Assembly (NCBI GenBank): GCA_013265495.1
Contig: MU058844.1
Coordinates: forward strand, 62,001-126,000
Length of the DNA stretch: 64,000 bases
Direction: 5' to 3'
Origin: Vicugna vicugna
Lineage: Eukaryota
Shown here: positions 11,670-22,960 of the stretch, piece after piece
Layout: each line of letters starts with the position of its first letter
Numbering within the stretch: position 1 is the first letter of the stretch
Notes under the pieces: model-generated
What the model was told of the DNA's origin: nothing
The model's input: only the letters and a program-made list of their open reading frames with translations
Database searches by the model: none
Made by a program: the position numbers and the translations under genes

Positions 11670-12305
11670 TTTATAAGTAGGGGCTATGGATCAGTCCTTC
11701 TAGGTGTGAATCTCAGCACTCCCACTTACCGACCTGGGACAAGCTAATTAGCCCCTCTGGACCTCAGTTTCCTCACATGTAAATAAGGATAATAATATTA
11801 ACTACTTCAAGAATTGTTGGAGATTGGATGAAGTAAGGAAAGTAAATAAAGTACTGGGTTCTAAGTGCTCAACACAAACTCATTAAATCTTCACAGGAAC
11901 GCCATGAGTTGGATACTATTTTACCCTTATTTTATAGACTATGAAACAGATGCACAGAGAGATTAAGTAACTTACCCAAGGTCACACAGCTAGTAATGGA
12001 GCTGGGATTTGAACCCTGCAGTCTGGCTGGAGGGACAGGGATAAATTCTAAGGGGGAAGTTAGGCAGAGCAGAGGCAAATCTTAGCCCCAACACTCACTA
12101 ATCAATTGTCTTTGAGACAAAAACTTCACTACTTGCAGTCATAGTTTCTCCACCTCTTAATTAGGGAACTAGAAATATGAATAATAATAATAATATCTAC
12201 AATACCGGATGGTTGTTGAGGGCCAGTTGGGATAGTGTATATAAAGTACCTCCCAAATGTCTGGTCCAGGAGATGCTCGGTAAAATCTAACTACTGTTGT
12301 AATGA
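11670..12305. mobile_element. Cluster of three MIR SINEs (+, -, +)
   Basis: cctcagtttcctcacatgtaaa (11760); atgaaacagatgcacagagagattaagtaacttacccaaggtcacacagctagt (11940); catagtttctccacctct (12140). Confidence 0.75.
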
Positions 12306-12505
12306 AAACGTCCTGAATGGACACAATCTGAGCAGGCATCTGAAATAACACGGTGGTTCACTGGTCAGTGTCCCCACTGGAGTTTATGAAGAGCTCTATT
12401 CTCTTGCCCTGTTGGTACACCTCTAACAGTGCGGCCCAGGTAACCAAGAGCCACCCCTTTTCCACTCCTCAGGATACACACATGATGGAGGGCTCCCCCA
12501 CTTCC

Positions 12506-12529
12506 CACCACCACCACCACCACCACCAC
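12506..12529 (+). repeat. (CAC)8 trinucleotide microsatellite
   Basis: caccaccaccaccaccaccaccac seen directly. Confidence 0.9.
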
Positions 12530-12749
12530 GTTTCTCCTTAAGAGGCCCATCTCGCCCATCCGCCTAGAAGCCTACCAAGGCTGCTTCTCTCTTTGGGTTA
12601 AGCCAACCTGGCCTCCCATCTCCAGGTCAGAGAACGAGGGTATTAATAACTCAGGAAATCTCTGTTGTCCACATGCACGCCCTACTCCTCACCACTTCCA
12701 CCCCAGGGCAAAAGAAGCTACTGATTTTCTGAATCATCAACAACAAAAA

Positions 12750-12810
12750 AATTCCATAGAATCGTGGCAACCACCTCCACTTCATTGTTCAGATTCCTGT
12801 TCTTTGAAAA
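12750..12810 (-). pseudogene. CRADD: Probable orthologue of the human alternative (death-domain-less) CRADD terminal exon, disrupted
   Basis: Minus strand ttttcaaAGA ACA GGA ATC TGA ACA ATG AAG TGG AGG TGG TTG CCA CGA TTC TAT GGA = (R)TGI*TMKWRWLPRFYG. This resembles the short-isoform C-terminus as I recall it (TGISTMKWRWSPQFSG). It sits ~43 kb downstream of the DD exon. The human sequence is recalled, not verified. Confidence 0.5.
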
Positions 12811-13373
12811 TCCACAATCCTCGAATGACAGCAGCTGGGGAGTAGGGGAGGGTGGGTGGCTAGGGGACAGATCTTGAGGATGGATATAGTCTCAGGTTTG
12901 GTTTCAACCTGCCTCCAGGGTAATATTGACTTTAATGCTGCCACCACAGCTTGAGGGCTCATGTCTCCTAAGTGATCACTGTGGGTTCTTCCAGATAGAA
13001 GAGCAGCAAAGATCCAGGAACAGCAGTTAGCCAACGAAACAGCTTCTCCCAGGGAAATGGCACCCACATGGATTAGTCATAACTATCAAGCATTTTAGGT
13101 CCTTAATGTATGTTCCTGTTTTCATCTCCTCAGTGCTTCCTATTTCTCTTTCACTTAAATTTTTTCTTCCTTCAGTACACCTGTCTCCCTTTCTTCTTGA
13201 TCTCTCTCTCTCCCTTTTCCTTGCTCCTCTCCTCTTTCCCCACTTTCCTCCTCCCCTAACTGCTATAATCTTTCACATATTGAATAAGTATTGATGGTCC
13301 CTGTTATTAACTTAACAACTAGGTTAAATTATTTAATTAAGTTAATTAGCACTAGATCAATTTATCCTCCAAA

Positions 13374-13538
13374 TATAGTGACCAGATTTAACCAATAAAA
13401 GCACAAAACATCCAGGTAAATTTGAATTTCAGATAAACAACAAATAGTATTTGGGATACTCCTACACTAAAAAAAAATTTGTTGTTTCTCTGAAATTTAA
13501 ATTTACCTTGGTGTCTGACATCGTATTTGGCAGCCCTA
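13374..13538. mobile_element. MER53 palindromic hAT MITE (central deletion)
   Basis: Inverted arms ggtaaatttgaatttcagataaacaacaaa / tttgttgtttctctgaaatttaaatttacc. Ends with tggcagcccta. Confidence 0.85.
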
Positions 13539-14939
13539 TCCTCAACTAACTATAGATCGGTGTGGGCCTCAAACAATACTTGTCCTGTGAGTCAGTGGCT
13601 CTTAGAAATAAGATGTCCCATACCTGCTCTATGATAAACTCTGTAACCCTATGATTATTTTTAAAAGGTAAGGAACCAACATTCCCTGAACTCTCTGGAT
13701 AGCAGAGTTTTTGATCTTGTGCTTTATATGATGCTTACATCTTCAAGGAGTATTTCTTCGAAGGCATCTGGCCTTCTCAGGGCCTCCCCAAGCCCCACAG
13801 CCCCTGGGTACCCCAGAGGCTAGCGAAGGCTGTTGCTCAGAGAGCAGAGGGTCCTGTGTGGTCAGATTTCGACAGGAATGTCAGGCCTCTGTGAGGGAGA
13901 AGGTTACTTCTGCAGGGGGTGAGGGGGAAGGATGAATTACAGTATTTTTCTTTCACGATCACATCTTTGCCTCCTATTTGCCATGTCATCACAGTGGCTT
14001 GGGGACAGTGCAGGCTGGGTCGGAATACTCCCTTTTCCTTACACCCCTTTGGCTCTATTTGAGAATGAAGTTTACAAGAGAAGGAGTGATGGCCTGCGCT
14101 CCCCAGATGGCACTGAGGTCAGTCACGGCTGACAGTTAATACCTAGTTAATACCTGGCCTCCAAGCCCGATGGCCTTCCGGTCTGCTGGTGTCTGAACAA
14201 ATACAGCAAGAGTGTGAAGGTCACAGAGTCGCATGAAGTCAGCAGGGGCTGACCTTGTGAAAGGTGTGACCATCTCCCCTCCACATTGAGAACATTTTTA
14301 AATGACTGCAGAAGCTGCCGGGCTCCAAAGCCCAGAGAGCACGGCTCCCCTTCCCCAGGCACTGCCGTTTCTAAGTGGTATGGTCCAGGCCGGGCTTTCT
14401 GCTCTCCCTGCTGGAGGCCCGCCATCCTTATTGAGTGTATTTCCAAGAAAGCAGTTGACAGGCTTGGCAGTGCTATTCCTGGAAATGTTCAATAGGCCAT
14501 CTTCTGGCAGGGGCTGCCGCTGACGGATGGGTCGGAAGGGGAGACCACGTGCTCAGCGCCATCTCCGCCCCAGCCTATTCCCAGGTGCCTCTGAGCAACA
14601 GCCGTCCCCAAATACCACGGTCTGTCAGCTGGCGGGGGCTGCGGGCCTCTGCGGATCTCGCTTCCTCCTGGGCAGGGTGGCTGCCAGCGGGCTTGCTGCT
14701 AAATGAAGACAGGCGCCCTGTGACTATAAATTATAATACACATTAGCTCCGGCTGATGCACTGCATGTCCCGCACGAAACTCTGCAGGGGACGCTTGGTC
14801 ACTGCCACAGGGCATTCTAGATGGTGGCTTTGACTCTTCTGGCAGCCGCGGGAGAGAAGCCAAGCCTGTCTTTGGGCAGAGGAGCTCTGGCAACTCCCAG
14901 AGGTTGGAATTCCCCTCTGATGTGGAGCACAGGACGGAC

Positions 14940-15163
14940 CAGGGCTTCTCAGCCTCCACAGTACTGATGTTCAGTGCTGACACTTCTTTGTGGGGGCTGT
15001 CTGTGCACTCTGGATGTTTTGCAGCATCCTCGGCCTCTGCCCACTGGATGCCAGTAGCACCTCCACCAGCGCCCCCCTCTACCAGGTGTGACAACCAAAA
15101 ATACCTCCAGATATTGCCAAATGTCCTCTGGAAGGCAAAGTTGCCCTTGATTGAGAACCACTA
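14940..15163 (-). mobile_element. MER20 hAT-Charlie MITE, full length
   Basis: cagggcttctcagcctc...gcccactggatgccagtagcac...tgacaaccaaaaatacctccagatattgccaaatgtcc...ttgagaaccact. Confidence 0.9.
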
Positions 15164-15181
15164 GTGTAGAGGAAAGGAGAT

Positions 15182-15229
15182 GGGGAGGCTTCTGAGGGGA
15201 TGCCGGGGAGGCTTCTGAGGGGATGCCGG
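15182..15229 (+). repeat. Perfect 23-bp tandem duplication
   Basis: ggggaggcttctgaggggatgcc at 15182-15204 and 15205-15227. Confidence 0.92.
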
Positions 15230-16621
15230 AGAGACAAAGACAGAATCTCAGAATCTGGTCTTCAGTTGAGCTGTGTGAGGCAAGGCAAGTCACAGAATCC
15301 TTGGGCCTCAGTTTTCTTATCTCTAAAATGGAAAGAAAAAGAAAGGCAAACCAAGGGAGTGTGGAGACCAGCTGAGAGAATGCATCAGATGCACTTTGAG
15401 AAGTATTAAGCACCACAGAAAATGACGGAACAGATTATCTAATGCTTGAATACTTCCATACCTCAAAGGGCCCAGCTCCCTTTGAAAGGAGAATATAGCT
15501 GAATATTTATAAAATTCCTAAGTCTCTTAAATTAAAACAAACAAATGCTTTAGAAAGCTTTTCTCTTTATTACTGTTGTTCTTCTGAATTCAAACAAGAT
15601 TATCAAGTATGCTATGACTGCCTGAGGTTAATGAACACAATTTTCTTTTGCCTTCCTTGAAAGAAGTTTTGTATCTTTTTTTTTCTTCTTTTTTATCAAC
15701 AATTGTATCCCTCCAGTGAAAGAACAGAAAGTAAGAAAAGGGGGGAGGGGCTCTATTTTTTTCATGAAATTAGTATCTTTTTCTTTATAATTTGCAACAA
15801 AAACTGATAAATGAAACACCACAGCCCCATAGAAAGACACTGTTGCTTTAAAGAGCTTTGCTGTTATATAATTCTCTGGCTGACTTCACCCAGCCAGCTT
15901 TCAAGGAACTGTAAAGAAATCTTTAAAGGTTAATATTTCTCCTACTCACACTGGCAGAAAAACACAAAGGAAATGGGTAACCTGAGTCACCTCAGTGGTG
16001 AAAAATGAAGAGCCAAGTCCTTGAGGACAGGACTACATATGCCCCACCCGCCCCCGTCTTGGGGTCTTGTCACGCTCCAGGCAGCCAAGGCCCTTCCTTT
16101 GTGGCTGTGTTCATTGGAAGATCCAAGGCCACATTTGCTTTGGGAAACAGGACACTGTGATTAATCAAAGAAAACAAAAACAGCTTTTTTTTTCATAATG
16201 GGCCCAATGAAGGGCTTTTCTAGGAAAAATCCTGATCAGGCTGTTCCTTCTGTTTCCCTAGAGGCTAACAGCCAAGGGAGGGGGTTGGAGGGGTGTGTGA
16301 GGAGGTATCCATGGAAGTTTATTCCCAAATAGTCCCTTCCCAGATGAAGACTTCACTGTGCTAACCAGCTCAAAGCACTGAGCATCAGTTAACAACAGGG
16401 GCCCCACAAAAGGAGACAAGTCTCTTTCTAAGGCATCACACTGTTCCTGCACCAACCCAAGAACTCACCTGCTCCTACAGAATTATTCTGATCAGAGTTC
16501 CCATTTGGGACCTGAGGAGGTGAGACTCTCTGGACCAAATGGAGAAGTATCAGAAAAGCTGTTGTAAAACCAGCTAGCACATGCTTATTTTGTTAGAAGC
16601 AAACACAATGTAGTTCTGGGA

Positions 16622-17117
16622 CAGTGGTTCCTCCTTATCCATGGGGGATACATTCCAAAAACCCCCAGGGGATGCCTGAAACTGCAGATAGTACTTTATA
16701 TATATACTACAGATACTATTTTTTTCTATATATAAATACCTATGATACAGTTTCATTTATAAATGAGGCACAGAAAGACAATATCCCAATTGCCAGCATC
16801 ACTACTCTTGTGTTTTGGGGCCATTATTAAGTGAAATAAAAGTTCCTTGAACCCAAGTACTGTGATATTATGACAGCTGATCTGCAAACCAAGACACCTA
16901 CTAAGTGACTAACTGGTGGGATGCACTGGACAAGGGGATGATTCCTGTCCCGGGGTGGGATGGAGCCAGATGATGCAAGATTTCATCTAGTAACTCAAAA
17001 CAGAGTGCAAGCTAAAGCTTATGAATTGTTTACTTCTGGATTTTCCATTTAATATTTTCACACTGAGGTTGACTGTGAGGTTGTGGAAGGCAAAACTGTG
17101 GATAAGAGAGGCTACTG
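16622..17117. mobile_element. MER44/Tigger7-family element
   Basis: TIRs cagtggttcctccttatccatgg / ctgtggataagagaggctactg. Internal ttgccagcatcactactcttg...ggggccattattaagt. Confidence 0.85.
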
Positions 17118-17134
17118 TGCTAGGTAGGGACAGG

Positions 17135-17315
17135 GAGGGCTGAGACTAGGGTGAGGAGGCTGACGTATTACCTCTGCTATAAAACTTAAGGACACAAAAT
17201 AAACCCAACAATCAAGTAAATAATGTAAACAACATTTCAACACAATATTTTGAAAATCAAAATTAATGTCAAAAATCCATGATGAACAAAATATCAAAAT
17301 TTAAAGACAAGCATT
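17135..17315 (+). mobile_element. Arthur1A/MER69-like hAT-Tip100 element (copy 1)
   Basis: gactagggtgagg...aaaatcaaaattaatg...aaaatccatgatgaacaaaatatcaaaattt. Confidence 0.7.
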
Positions 17316-19281
17316 GTGTGTTCCTAGTGACCTTGACTTCTAATGGACTCACAGGTCTCAGCGAAGCAGAATAACCAAAGGGGCCGGAGTTCAGAGTGAG
17401 GGACAGACAGCAGCCAGTGGCTATGTGGTTTTCAGCATACCCCCAGCCTCTCTGAGTTCTGGTTCTTGTCTGTAAAGTGGGCTTAATATTGAACCCACCT
17501 ACCTCACAGGGGTTGTTAGGACCAAATAAGGTCTTGTTCACGAGAGCACTTGACAAACTGTAACCTAAGGCATCCCTGAAATGTATAATAGAAAGTCTAA
17601 TAATAATACTGGAAAACTGCAGTAGAAGGTAATAAGTGACATTCTTGGAGAGGGAAGGAGAGAAAAGGCAGGAGAGAGGAAAAGGGTGGAGGAGTGGAGC
17701 AGACTGTGTGCTGGAAAATGGGAGGAGCCCAGATTCTGGATTCTGACAGGAATTCAAGTCTCTGAGCAGCTATTTACAACTTGTAGAGCGTCGGCCCATT
17801 TTCCAGCTTCTCTGAGCCTCAGTTTTCTCATTCAAAAAATGGGATGATAATGGATTAATCACGAAGTAAAGAAATAAAAAGTAATGTGTACACAGTACCC
17901 AGTATGTATGGTCTCGTATAAGTTAGGTGTTAACCCCTTCCACCACACACACACACACCACCTCCCTGCACACCTACACCCACACCCTGGAATTCTCCCA
18001 TGAAGAGAAAAGAAATGGAAAGAAATGGGAGAGGCAGGAAGAATACAAGCCAAGACTGGAGGACGTAAGAGAAGATCGAGGTAGAAAAAAAGAGAGGAAA
18101 GGAAGGACGAAGGAAAGGAAGAGAAGAAAGTGGGGACACTTGGTCCTGTCCTAAGCTCAGTGCTCTCACAAAGCAAGTCAGTTCCAGCTTCCATCCAAGG
18201 AAACATCCTTGGAAAGAATCAAACTCAACAATATATTTAAGATTTATCTGTGATGATACAAATATCTCCGATTTTTTTTTTGTTCTACCTGCTGTAGAAT
18301 ATTCTAGAACATGCCTCCATTTATATATCCATTCTCCTAAGGGTGAACATTTAAGTTGTTCGAGGGAGCTTCAATTGCATCGGTAATGCTTTATTTCTTA
18401 AGTTGGTTGGAAGGTCTGGAGAAGTTCAATCTATTGGTCTCTTTTTTCCTATATCTGAAACAGCTGAGCTCATCTAGAATTGCTAAAGATTCAGCCAAAC
18501 CCCAGGCCTTGCCCTTGAGTTCAAAGGCAGGTGAGATTTCTGGGGGTGGATGATGCACATCCACATGAAGAGTCTGAGGAGAGTGGACACATTGCAGGTG
18601 TCTGTCCAGCAGCCATCCTGCCCCACAGAGGGGACTGTGCCCCCATTGGCTCTGCCTGCCCCAGGCAAGTGGAGGTCAGGCCACACTGACTGAGACACAG
18701 TTCACAGGCCTGCAGCTTCCCAGACAGACCCCATTACCTGAGATCTTGCCCCACCTGGAAGCCCCAAGGTCAGGCCCCACAGGCAGTTCCAGACCCAGTG
18801 ATGGAAATTCTTGGAAGTTTTGGACGATAGAAATGTCAGGGAAAGTATTTTTCTCCATTAACATCTAAGCTTCTCTAAATCGAATCTCTGTATCTTTCAA
18901 ATGGAACAAAGGGAAAGTTGTTAGTAAGTCTGGGGAGCCAAGAGTGACAGCTGATCCCCTGGAAGTCAGTCTGTGCATTTTCTTCCCAAAGAACTAGAGA
19001 AATAAAAAGTGCCAAGAATCTAAAACAATAAATCTTCTGGAAACAGTTCCTGTTTGCTTTTGGAATGTGTTGCTCCTCCCCTCCTTTCCTCCAGTAGGTT
19101 AGTTTCTCAGAGACTGTTTGCTTTGGTTACAATCAAGATTGGTCTGCATTCCCCAGGATCCACCTGCTCTGTGGGCTGATTGTCTCCTCTGAGGTAGCTA
19201 TGAGGGCTGAGTGGGTACTGGCCTCCAGCAGACATCCTGCTACATGGTTACTCCATTAATCCATGACTTGGGGCTGGGATT

Positions 19282-19462
19282 TAGGGCAGGGACTAGGGCG
19301 AGGCAAGTGAGATATTCTTCTTGGGCACAAAGGTTAAGTGAACATCCAAACACTCAGAAATTGAGACAAGTAATATTTTAACACAGTATTTTAAAAAATC
19401 AAAGTTAATGCAAAAAACCCATGATGAACAAAATATCATTATTTCAAAGAAAGACAAGGTCC
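19282..19462 (+). mobile_element. Arthur1A/MER69-like hAT-Tip100 element (copy 2)
   Basis: agggcagggactagggcgaggcaagtgag...aaaatcaaagttaatgcaaaaaacccatgatgaacaaaatatca. Confidence 0.72.
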
Positions 19463-19464
19463 AT

Positions 19465-22090
19465 GCAGAACTGAAGGGAAGATAGAGTTTTACAGACAAG
19501 CAAAAGCTAAGAGTTCACCAGGACTAAATCAGAAATGTTAAAGGGATTTCACTAAGCAGAAAAGAAAAGGCCACCACTGGAAAAAAGAAAATTACAACAA
19601 AATGAAACAAAAACCCCTCACTGGTAAAGGCAGACAATAATTAAAGACAGTGGATCAAGCACTTACAAAGCTAGCAGGAAGGCTAAAGGTTAAAGGCCTA
19701 TATCTACAATAAGTTGCTAAGAAATACATAAAATAAAAACATGTAAAATACTTTATCAAAAATATAAAACATGACAGGAGGTTTAGAAATCAAAATATAT
19801 GGCTGTTAGAATGTGTTTGAGCTTGAGAGATCATCAACTTAAAAAAAAAATATATATATATATATATTCACGTACTTACCTCATGGGAACCAAAACCCAA
19901 AAGCCTATAATAGATACACAAAAAATAAAGAGAAAGGAATCCAAGCACAAGACTAAAGATAGTCATCAAACCACAGGGATGAGAGCAGGAGAAGAAGAAA
20001 CAAAAGAACTACAAAAACAATTAAAAAAATTAACAAACTGTCAATAAGCACATACCTATCAATAATTACTTTAAATGCAAATAGACTAAATACAGTTAAA
20101 AGACATCGAGTGGCTGAATAGATTGAAAAAAACCCCAGGACCCATATATGTGATCCTTACAAAAGACTCACTTCAGATCTAAAGACACGTACAGACTGAA
20201 GTGAGAGGAGTGAAAAAGCTATTCTATGCAAATGGAAATGAAAAGAAAGCTGGAATAGCAATGTTTATATCAGATAAAATAGATTTTAAAACAAAGACTG
20301 TAAAAAGAGACAAGGGACATTACATAATGATAAAGGAATCAATCCAACAAGAAGATATAACACTTAAAAATATATAGGTACCCAATACAGGAGCACCTAA
20401 ATACATAAAGCAAATATTAATAGACTTAAAGGGAGAAATTGACAGTAATGCAGTACTAGTAGGGGACTTTAATATGTCACTTATATCAATGGACAGAGCA
20501 TCCAGACAGAAAATCAATAAGGAAATACTGGCCTTAAAGAACACATTAGACCGGATGGATTTAATGTATATATGAAACATTCCATCCAAAAGCAGCAGAA
20601 TACATATTCTTTTCTAGTGTACCTGGAACATTCTCCAGGACAGATCACATGCTAAGTCACAAAACAAGTCTCCATAAATTTAAGACTGAAATCATATAAA
20701 GCATCTTTTCTGACCACAATGGTATAAGACTAGAAATCAAGCACAAGATAAAAACTGGAAAAAACATAAACACATAGAGACTAAACAATGTTCTACTAAA
20801 CAACCAATGGCTCACTGAAGAAACCAGATGAAATAAAAAAAAAATACCTTGAGACAAATGAAAATGGAAATCCATTACAAAATCTATGGAATACAGCAAA
20901 AACAGTTATAAAAGGGAAGTTTATAGCAATACAGGCCAACCTCAGGATATAAGAAAAAAATCTCAAATAAACAATCTAACATAACATCTAAAGGAACTAG
21001 AAAAAGAACAATTGATATCACAGAAATACAAAGGCCCATAAGAGATTACTATGAACAATTAAATGCCAACAAATTGGACAACCCAGAAGAAGTGGATAAA
21101 TTCCTAGAAACATTCAGTTCTTCCAAGACTGAATCAGGAAGAATTTAAAAATCTGATCAGACCAATTACCAGTAATGAAATCAAATCTGTTAAAAAAAAA
21201 AATTTAAAAAGCTCCCAACAAAAGTCAGTACCAGATGGTTTCACAGGTAAATTCTATAAAACATTTAAAGAGGAGTTAATACGTATCCTTCTCAATCTAC
21301 TCCAAAAAATTAAAGAGGAAGCAATGCTTTCAAACTTATTCTACAAGGCCAATATCACCCTGAGTCCAAATCCAGATGAAGATGTTACACAAAGGAAAAT
21401 TACAGGCCAATATCACTGATGAATATGGAAGTAAAACTTCCCCAAATATATTAGCTCACCAAATTCATTGAAAAGGATTACACACCATGATCAAGTGAGA
21501 TTTATCTCAGGGATGCAAGGATGGTTCAAAATTCACCTATCAATCATTGTGATATACCACACTGATAAAAATTATATAATCACCTCAATAGATGCATAAA
21601 AAGCTTTTGATAAAAACTCTCAACAAAGTATGTATGGAAGGAACATATTTTACCATAATAAAGACCATATATGACAATATACAGCCAATATTATACTCAG
21701 TGGTGAAAAGCTAAAAAAGGATTTCCTTTAAGATGAGGAACAAGACAAGGATGCCCATTCTCACCACTTTTATTCAAACTAGTATTGGAAGTTCTAGCCA
21801 TATAAATTAGAGAAAAAAAAAGATATCTAAATTAAGTAAAACTGTTACTGTTTGCAGATGACATGATACTTTATACAGAAAACCATACAGAGTCTTACAT
21901 AGAAGACTCTAACAAAAAACTATTAGAACTAATAAATAAAAGTTGCAGGATAAAAATTAATATATAGAAATCTGTTGCATTTATATACATTAATGATGGA
22001 CCATTAGAAAGAGAAATTAAGAAAACAGTCCTGTTTATAATTACATCAAAAAGAATAATATCTTTAGAGTATAGTTGCTAAGGAGGTAGG
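19465..22090 (+). mobile_element. Decayed LINE-1 body: ORF1 end, ORF2 endonuclease and N-terminal RT, with internal deletions, 3'-truncated
   Basis: A-rich L1 sequence. Endonuclease-type segments lie at ~20040-20850. RT motifs TRQGCPFSPLLF (~21740-21775) and LFADDMI (21848-21868) are present. Many stops and frameshifts. Confidence 0.93.
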
Positions 22091-22428
22091 TTCTAAAGTT
22101 AGACTACCTGCATTTTATTTTTAAAATTTTATATATTTTTTAATTGAAATATAGGTGTCATCATCACAGGTCAGGGGAGAAAATGGCCCCCCACCCCAGA
22201 AACATACCCCATAGCAGGATGGCAGGGTCCAATCTCTACCAACTATAGTAACCCACGACCCTAGCCCATGACGCAGGCACAGCTCTGGGCCTCTTCCTTC
22301 CTCCAAACCACTCAGCCTCCTGCCCCTCCCTCTCCAAGACAATTCAGTCTCCTCCGTTCACGGATCTACACACACATTTAATCATACACAGCACAGACCA
22401 TGTATAATCATGCATTAACTATTTATTC

Positions 22429-22715
22429 CAGAGGTCCCAAACTGCTGGAGGTCCTCTTATGTAGCTTAAAATTGTTTGGTTTGTTTGTTTTTCCTTTTTT
22501 TTTTTTTTTAGTTTTTAATTTTTTATTGAAGTATAGCTGATTTTTTTTTGGTTTATAATCTTTTATTTTATTTTATTTTATTTAAATGTTCATTTATTTT
22601 TTTCAATTAGTTACTTGCCAGCATTTAAAAATTGGGAGATTCTCACCAAAAAAATCCAAGTTTCTAGCCTACTGTAAAAAGCCGAAATTTCAAAAATCCA
22701 AATGTTTGGCAACTG
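22429..22715 (+). mobile_element. MER102-like hAT fragment interrupted by a T-rich tail
   Basis: cagaggtcccaaactg at the start and ttgccagcatttaaaaattgggagatt...aaaaatccaagtttctagc further on. The T-rich insert 22490-22590 contains ttttattgaagtatagctga (L1 terminus). Confidence 0.55.
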
Positions 22716-22729
22716 ACAACAACAACAAC

Positions 22730-22960
22730 AATAATTCCCATTATGGAGAATATACTAAATGTTGAGCACAGTGTTCAGTAGTTTAGATTTTTTTTTCTTT
22801 TAACCATCACAGTAATTCTGTTCTTACTACCCCTAATTTAGCTGACGAACCTGAGGCTCAGAACACTTAAAGAACTTGTCCCAGATCACACAGCTGATAA
22901 GCAGCTTGGCCAGATTCAAACCAGGGGAGTTTGACTCTAAAGCTCCAGCTCTCATACTTT
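22730..22960 (-). mobile_element. MIR SINE
   Basis: ctgaggctcagaacacttaaagaacttgtcccagatcacacagctgataag. Confidence 0.75.

Noticed and set aside
12353..12541. ORF ending in poly-His
   Set aside because: Translation of the (CAC)8 microsatellite.
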